From an uncultured Actinomycetota bacterium (GTDB lineage: Bacteria > Actinomycetota > CALGFH01): a stretch of DNA of 64,000 nt. Below, piece after piece: positions 59,501 to 64,000 of the stretch (positions are counted from its first letter, which is position 1; every line of letters starts with the position of its first letter). The notes beneath the pieces were generated by a model, which had not been told where the DNA came from, did no database searches, and saw only the letters and a program-made list of their open reading frames with translations. Where the stretch lies: positions 65,720 to 129,719 of the forward strand of contig CAVTCL010000025.1 of NCBI GenBank assembly GCA_963733175.1, read 5' to 3'. The translations under genes were made by a program, and so were the position numbers.

Positions 59501-60223
59501 TCAGCGGTCGCGCCGGAGCCAGCCGGTGTGGTTCAGCGGCCAGATGCGCACGAACGCCCGCCCGACCACGTCGGAGCGCTGGATCACCCCGAAGATGCGG
59601 GAGTCCTGGGAGTTGGTGCGGTTGTCGCCCATCACGAACAGCTCCCCGGGGCCGACCGTGGTCCTCTTGCAGCCCTCGGTCCTGATGCCCTCGTCGACGT
59701 AGGGCTCCACCACCTTCTCGCCGTTGCGGACCAGGACGCCGTCCTCGCAGGTGATGGTGTCGCCGGGCAGCCCCACGACCCGCTTGATGAAGTCGCGGTC
59801 CGAGGGCGGGACCACCCCGATGGCCTGGCCGAGGCTGGAGAAGAAGCCGGTCACGGGGTTGCTCGGGCCGACCGGCTCGAAGCCCGGCTCCTCGTGGACG
59901 AACACGACCACGTCGCCGTGCTCGATGTCGCCGAAGCGGTAGGACACCTTCTCGACCAGGACCCGGTCGGAGATGTTGAGCGTCGACTCCATCGACCCCG
60001 AGGGGATGTAGAAGGCCGCGACCAGGAAGGTCTTGAAGACCACGGCCAGCAGCACGGCCAGGGCGACCAGCACCACCGTCTCGCGGACGACGGCCAGCAG
60101 CCCTGGCTGCTTCTCGTCCTCTCTGTGGTACGGCGGGGTCTCGGGCTCGGGCGGGTCGGCCGGGGCCGGCGGCGGGTCGACCCGGTCGCCGAGCCGTCCG
60201 CGCTCGTCGCTGGTCTTGCTCAA
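59501..60223 (-). CDS. lepB: signal peptidase I
   Basis: TM helix then IPSGSMESTL, DVVVF, IKRVVGLPGD and GDNRTNSQDSR boxes. Confidence 0.93.
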   Translation of the reverse strand: MSKTSDERGRLGDRVDPPPAPADPPEPETPPYHREDEKQPGLLAVVRETVVLVALAVLLAVVFKTFLVAAFYIPSGSMESTLNISDRVLVEKVSYRFGDIEHGDVVVFVHEEPGFEPVGPSNPVTGFFSSLGQAIGVVPPSDRDFIKRVVGLPGDTITCEDGVLVRNGEKVVEPYVDEGIRTEGCKRTTVGPGELFVMGDNRTNSQDSRIFGVIQRSDVVGRAFVRIWPLNHTGWLRRDR

Positions 60224-60241
60224 GGGGCTGGCCTCCCCGGC

Positions 60242-60598
60242 TCAGGTCCGGGCGGGGCTGCGCTTCTCCTTGATCTTCGCGGCCCGGCCGGTCCGCTCAC
60301 GCAGGTAGTAGAGCTTGGCCCGGCGGACGTCGCCCCGGGTGACCAGCTCGACCTTGGCGATGCTGGGCGAGTGCACCGGGAAGGTCCGCTCGACGCCGAC
60401 GCCGAAGGAGACCTTGCGGACGGAGAAGGTCTCCCGCAGGCCGCCGCCCTGGCGGCGCAGGACGAAGCCCTGGAAGACCTGGATCCGCTCCCGGCTCCCC
60501 TCGACCACGCGGACGTGCACCTTGACGGTGTCGCCGGGCCGGAAGTCGGGCAGATCGTCGCGCAGCTGCGCGCGCTCGGCCACGTCGGTGATCTGCAT
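60242..60598 (-). CDS. rplS: 50S ribosomal protein L19
   Basis: 118 aa with [28 protein letters not shown]...RRAKLYYLR. Confidence 0.96.
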   Translation of the reverse strand: MQITDVAERAQLRDDLPDFRPGDTVKVHVRVVEGSRERIQVFQGFVLRRQGGGLRETFSVRKVSFGVGVERTFPVHSPSIAKVELVTRGDVRRAKLYYLRERTGRAAKIKEKRSPART

Positions 60599-60665
60599 GA
60601 TGAAGAGACTCCTTGGAAAGCTGAAAGACGCGAACGGTCAGCATAGCGCGACCCGCGCTCACCCG

Positions 60666-60674
60666 AGGGTAGCA
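60666..60674 (-). promoter_or_regulatory. candidate extended -10 element (TGcTACCCT) upstream of rplS
   Basis: The minus strand reads cgTGcTACCCTc about 70 nt upstream of the rplS start. The 11-mer cgtgctaccct is also found upstream of rpsO. Confidence 0.3.
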
Positions 60675-60688
60675 CGTTCGGGTCCGGG

Positions 60689-61366
60689 CTACTCCGGCTC
60701 GTCCAGCAGGTCGGGACGGAGCCGGCGGGTCCGTTCCAGGGCCTGGGCGCGGCGCCAGCGCTCCACCGCGCCGTGGTCGCCGGAGCGGAGCACGGCCGGG
60801 ACCTCCAGGCCCCGGTAGACGGCCGGGCGGGTGTACTGCGGGTACTCGAGCAGGCCGGCCGCGAACGACTCGTCGGTGGCCGAGGCGGCGTTGCCCATCA
60901 CCCCGGGGACGAGCCGGGCCACGGCGTCCAGGACCACCAGGGCGGCCGTCTCCCCGCCGGCGAGCACGAAGTCGCCGATGGAGAGGACCTCGTGGACGCG
61001 GGTGCGGACCCGCTCGTCGATGCCCTCGTAGCGGCCGCAGCACAGGATCAGCCGGGGCTCGGCGGCCAGCCGCTGGGCGACCCCGTGGTCGAAGCGGCGG
61101 CCGTCGGGGGCGAGGAGCACCACCCGGGCCGGGCCCTCGGCCTCCAGGTCGTCCAGGGCGTCGAACCAGGGCCCGGGGAGCATGACCATGCCGGCGCCGC
61201 CGCCGAAGGGCGCGTCGTCGACGCTGCGGTGGCGGTCGCTGGCCCAGTCGCGCAGGTCGTGCAGGCGGACCTCGACCAGGCCCCGCTCCCCCGCCTTGCC
61301 GAGCAGGCCGGTGGCCAGGGGCGAGGCGAAGAACCCGGGGAAGATGGTGACGATGTCGACGAGCAT
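60689..61366 (-). CDS. trmD: tRNA (guanine37-N1)-methyltransferase
   Basis: [11 protein letters not shown]...[17 protein letters not shown] ([14 protein letters not shown])...LEYPQYTRP. Confidence 0.95.
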   Translation of the reverse strand: MLVDIVTIFPGFFASPLATGLLGKAGERGLVEVRLHDLRDWASDRHRSVDDAPFGGGAGMVMLPGPWFDALDDLEAEGPARVVLLAPDGRRFDHGVAQRLAAEPRLILCCGRYEGIDERVRTRVHEVLSIGDFVLAGGETAALVVLDAVARLVPGVMGNAASATDESFAAGLLEYPQYTRPAVYRGLEVPAVLRSGDHGAVERWRRAQALERTRRLRPDLLDEPE

Positions 61367-61369
61367 GGC

Positions 61370-61954
61370 TCAGGTCTCGTCCAGGAGGCCGGGGACGGCG
61401 TCGACCAGCACCCGGCCCGCGTCCAGGTCGACGGTGACCAGCGCGGCCACCGCCGGGACCAGCGCGCTGGTCCCGCCGGGGAGCTCGACCGCCAGCAGGT
61501 CGTGGGCGGCGCCGGGGACGACGTCGGCGACCCGGCCCCGTTCGCGGCCCTGGTGGTCGACCACGGTCAGGCCGACCAGCTGGTGGGGCCAGAACTCGCC
61601 GGGGTCGAGGGGGCGGGCCGAGGCGGCCGGGATCGACAGCCAGGCGCCCCGGAACCGGTCGGCGGCGTCGCGGTCCTCCACCCCTTCCAGGCTGAGCAGC
61701 AGCCGGCCCAGGTGGAGGCGGGCCGCCCGGATGACGGCCGGCTCCAGCGGTTCCGGGCCGTCGGGGTCCCCGACGCCCAGCTCGGCCCCGGGCGCGAACC
61801 GCTCGGGCGCGTCCGAGAGCACCTCGACCGACAGCTCCCCCCGCACCCCATGGGGCCGGACCACGCGCCCCACCACCAGCCGGTCCGGAGGGCCGGGAGG
61901 GGTCCGGGGAACCCCAGGGGGGTGCCCCGGTGGATCGGGCTCGGGCATGGTCAC
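61370..61954 (-). CDS. rimM: ribosome maturation factor RimM
   Basis: VVGRVVRPHGVRGEL...plus a PRC-barrel-like C-terminal half, between the KH-protein gene and trmD. Confidence 0.88.
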   Translation of the reverse strand: MTMPEPDPPGHPPGVPRTPPGPPDRLVVGRVVRPHGVRGELSVEVLSDAPERFAPGAELGVGDPDGPEPLEPAVIRAARLHLGRLLLSLEGVEDRDAADRFRGAWLSIPAASARPLDPGEFWPHQLVGLTVVDHQGRERGRVADVVPGAAHDLLAVELPGGTSALVPAVAALVTVDLDAGRVLVDAVPGLLDET

Positions 61955-62187
61955 TCGCCCTCGGCGAGGACCTCGACCTCGACCCGGTGGCCCTTGGGGG
62001 CGGCGGCCTTGACGACCCGGCGCAGGGCCTTGACCGTCCGGCCGCCCCGGCCGATCAGCTTGCCGACGTCGTCGGGGGCGGTCCGGACCTCGTAGGTGAC
62101 GCCGCGGCCGCCGGGCAGCTCCTCGACGGTGACCCGGTCCGGGTCGTCGACGAGCGCCCTGGCCAGGTAGAGGACGACGTCACGCAT
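61951..62187 (-). CDS. KH-domain RNA-binding protein (YlqC/KhpA-like)
   Basis: 78 aa with DDVGKLIGRGGRTVKALR (GxxG loop). Confidence 0.85.
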   Translation of the reverse strand: MRDVVLYLARALVDDPDRVTVEELPGGRGVTYEVRTAPDDVGKLIGRGGRTVKALRRVVKAAAPKGHRVEVEVLAEGE

Positions 62188-62193
62188 CGGGCG

Positions 62194-62547
62194 CTACTTC
62201 TTGGCCTTGGCCTTGGCCGGGGCCTTCTTCTTCTTGGCCGGCTCGGCCTTGGCCTTGGCCACGGTCGCCCGGAGGGCCTTGGCGGCCTGCTTGCGCTCGG
62301 CCATGCTCTCGACCCCGGCGATGGCCAGCAGCTTGGCGACCGCCTCGGTCGGCTGGGCGCCCTTGGCCAGCCAGGCCGACGCCTTCTCGGTGTCGATCTC
62401 GACCTTGGACGGCTCGTTGTTGGGGTGGTAGACGCCGAGGTTCTCGAGGAAGCGCCCGTCGCGGGGGCTGCGCGAGTCGGCGACGACGACCCGGTAGAAG
62501 GGGGCCTTCTTGGCGCCCATGCGCATCAGGCGGATCTTCACGGCCAT
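62194..62547 (-). CDS. rpsP: 30S ribosomal protein S16 (Lys/Ala-rich C-terminal tail)
   Basis: [33 protein letters not shown]. Confidence 0.96.
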   Translation of the reverse strand: MAVKIRLMRMGAKKAPFYRVVVADSRSPRDGRFLENLGVYHPNNEPSKVEIDTEKASAWLAKGAQPTEAVAKLLAIAGVESMAERKQAAKALRATVAKAKAEPAKKKKAPAKAKAKK

Positions 62548-62643
62548 GGTGTGGGAGTGCTCCTGTCTCGGGGTGGCCCGCCCTCCCGGTGGGTCTGCCG
62601 TTCCCCGTCGTGTGCCTGCTGTGGCATCCGGGACCGAGGCAGT

Positions 62644-63975
62644 CTAGCGCAGGCCCATCCTGCGCAGCTTCTTGGGCGTCATGCCCGACAGCTGCTTCAT
62701 CATCCGGCGGGCCTCCTCGAACTGCTTGAGCAGCGCGTTGACCTGCTGGGTGGTGGTGCCGGAGCCGCGGGCGATGCGGGCCCGGCGCGAGCCGTTGAGG
62801 ATCCTGGGGTTGTTGCGCTCCACCGGCGTCATCGAGCGGATGATCGCCTCCACCCTGGCCACGTCGCGGTCGTCGACCTCGACCCCCTTGAGCTGCTGGC
62901 TCATGCCCGGGAGCATGCCGAGGACCTGGCTGAGCGGGCCCATCTTCTTGACCTGCTGGAGCTGGTCGAGGAAGTCCTCCAGGGTGAAGGAGGCCTCCCG
63001 CAGCTTGCGCTCCATCTTCTCGGCCTGCTCGCGGTCGATCTGCTCCTCGGCCCGCTCGATCAGGGTGAGCACGTCGCCCATGCCCAGGATCCGGCCGGCC
63101 AGCCGGTCGGGGTGGAAGGCGTCGAAGTCGGCCAGCTTCTCCCCGGTGGCGGCGAACTTGATCGGCCGCCCGGTGACCGACCGGATCGACAGGGCGGCCC
63201 CGCCCCGGGCGTCGCCGTCCAGCTTGGTCAGGACGAACCCGGTGACCTCGACGCCCTCCTGGAACGCCTGGGCCGTGGCCACCGCGTCCTGGCCGGTCAT
63301 GGCGTCGACCACCAGCAGGACCTCGGTGGGCTGGACGGCCTCGCGGATCGCGGCCGCCTGGGCCATCATCTCGGCGTCGATGGCCAGCCGTCCGGCGGTG
63401 TCGACCACGATCACGTCGCGCCCGGTCCGCTCGGCCTCGTCGCGGGCGCCGAGGGCGACCGGCACCGGGTCGGCGTCCGGCCCGCCCGGGTGGGGGGCGA
63501 ACACCGGGACCTTGGCCTGCTCCCCGAGCACCTGGAGCTGCTTGACCGCGGCCGGGCGCTGGAGGTCGCAGGCGACCAGCAACGGCTTGCGGCCCTTGCC
63601 GGCCAGCCATCGGGCCAGCTTGGCCGCGGTGGTGGTCTTGCCCGAACCCTGGAGGCCGGCCATCAGCAGCACCGTCGGGGGCCGCGGCGACCACTGGAGG
63701 GGCACGTTGCGCTCGCCCAGGGTGACGACCAGCTCCTCGTGGACGATCTTGACCACCTGCTGGGCCGGGGTGAGGCTGCGGGTGACCTCCTCCCCCACCG
63801 CCCGCTCGCGCACCCGGGCGATGAAGTCCTTCACCACCTTGAAGTTGACGTCCGCCTCCAGCAGGGCCAGCCGGACCTCGCGCAGCGCCGCGTCGACCTG
63901 GGCCTCGGACAGCCGCCCGTGGCCGCGCAGGCGGGTGAAGGTGTCCTGGAGCCGGTCGGAGAGGGTGTCGAACAT
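62644..63975 (-). CDS. ffh: signal recognition particle protein Ffh
   Basis: 443 aa with MFDTLSDRLQ..., GLQGSGKTTTAAKLA, DTAGRL, TKLDGDARGG and a Met-rich M domain. Confidence 0.96.
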   Translation of the reverse strand: MFDTLSDRLQDTFTRLRGHGRLSEAQVDAALREVRLALLEADVNFKVVKDFIARVRERAVGEEVTRSLTPAQQVVKIVHEELVVTLGERNVPLQWSPRPPTVLLMAGLQGSGKTTTAAKLARWLAGKGRKPLLVACDLQRPAAVKQLQVLGEQAKVPVFAPHPGGPDADPVPVALGARDEAERTGRDVIVVDTAGRLAIDAEMMAQAAAIREAVQPTEVLLVVDAMTGQDAVATAQAFQEGVEVTGFVLTKLDGDARGGAALSIRSVTGRPIKFAATGEKLADFDAFHPDRLAGRILGMGDVLTLIERAEEQIDREQAEKMERKLREASFTLEDFLDQLQQVKKMGPLSQVLGMLPGMSQQLKGVEVDDRDVARVEAIIRSMTPVERNNPRILNGSRRARIARGSGTTTQQVNALLKQFEEARRMMKQLSGMTPKKLRRMGLR

Positions 63976-64000
63976 GACCCCAGCATATGCTGGCTCGCGG

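Overview
Very GC-rich sequence (judged by eye, not computed) with gene content and order typical of an Actinomycetota chromosome core. Almost all genes lie on the minus strand: kgd ... thyX-like-dapB ... M16 peptidase-pnp-rpsO ... ribF-truB-nrnA-rbfA-DUF503-infB-ylxR-nusA-rimP ... GNAT-ispG-rseP-dxr-rlmN-cdsA-frr-pyrH-tsf-rpsB-M23 peptidase-whiG remnant-xerC-dprA-comM-yraN ... LCP-DUF2469-rnhB-lepB-rplS-trmD-rimM-KH-rpsP-ffh. Many neighbours overlap by 4 nt (GTGA/ATGA), which suggests translational coupling. I saw no rRNA, tRNA or CRISPR array. The main accessory feature is a ~10.37-kb integrative element (about 44,497-54,861) that splits comM/yifB. Its two junctions share only a TG dinucleotide, and a large serine recombinase gene starts 33 nt inside the right junction. 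The element carries a replication-relaxation-family gene, a coupling-protein-like ATPase, ssb, a small zinc-ribbon gene and a DUF6325-like gene. It also carries a MASE1 histidine kinase/receiver cassette bracketed by a 54-bp direct repeat of the zinc-ribbon gene's 3' end, and about 700 bp of apparently non-coding, palindrome-rich DNA. Other points of interest are an orphan EccC-type triple ATPase with no other type VII secretion genes nearby, and a WhiG/FliA-type sigma gene reduced to its region-4 end. The IF-2 and S2 genes contain repetitive low-complexity coding tracts. At least 15 genes, including essential infB, pyrH, ribF and rpsB, need one or more frameshifts to read through. This most likely reflects indel errors in the assembly, so pseudogene calls here are provisional. 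All family assignments rest on motif recognition in the supplied translations; no searches were run.
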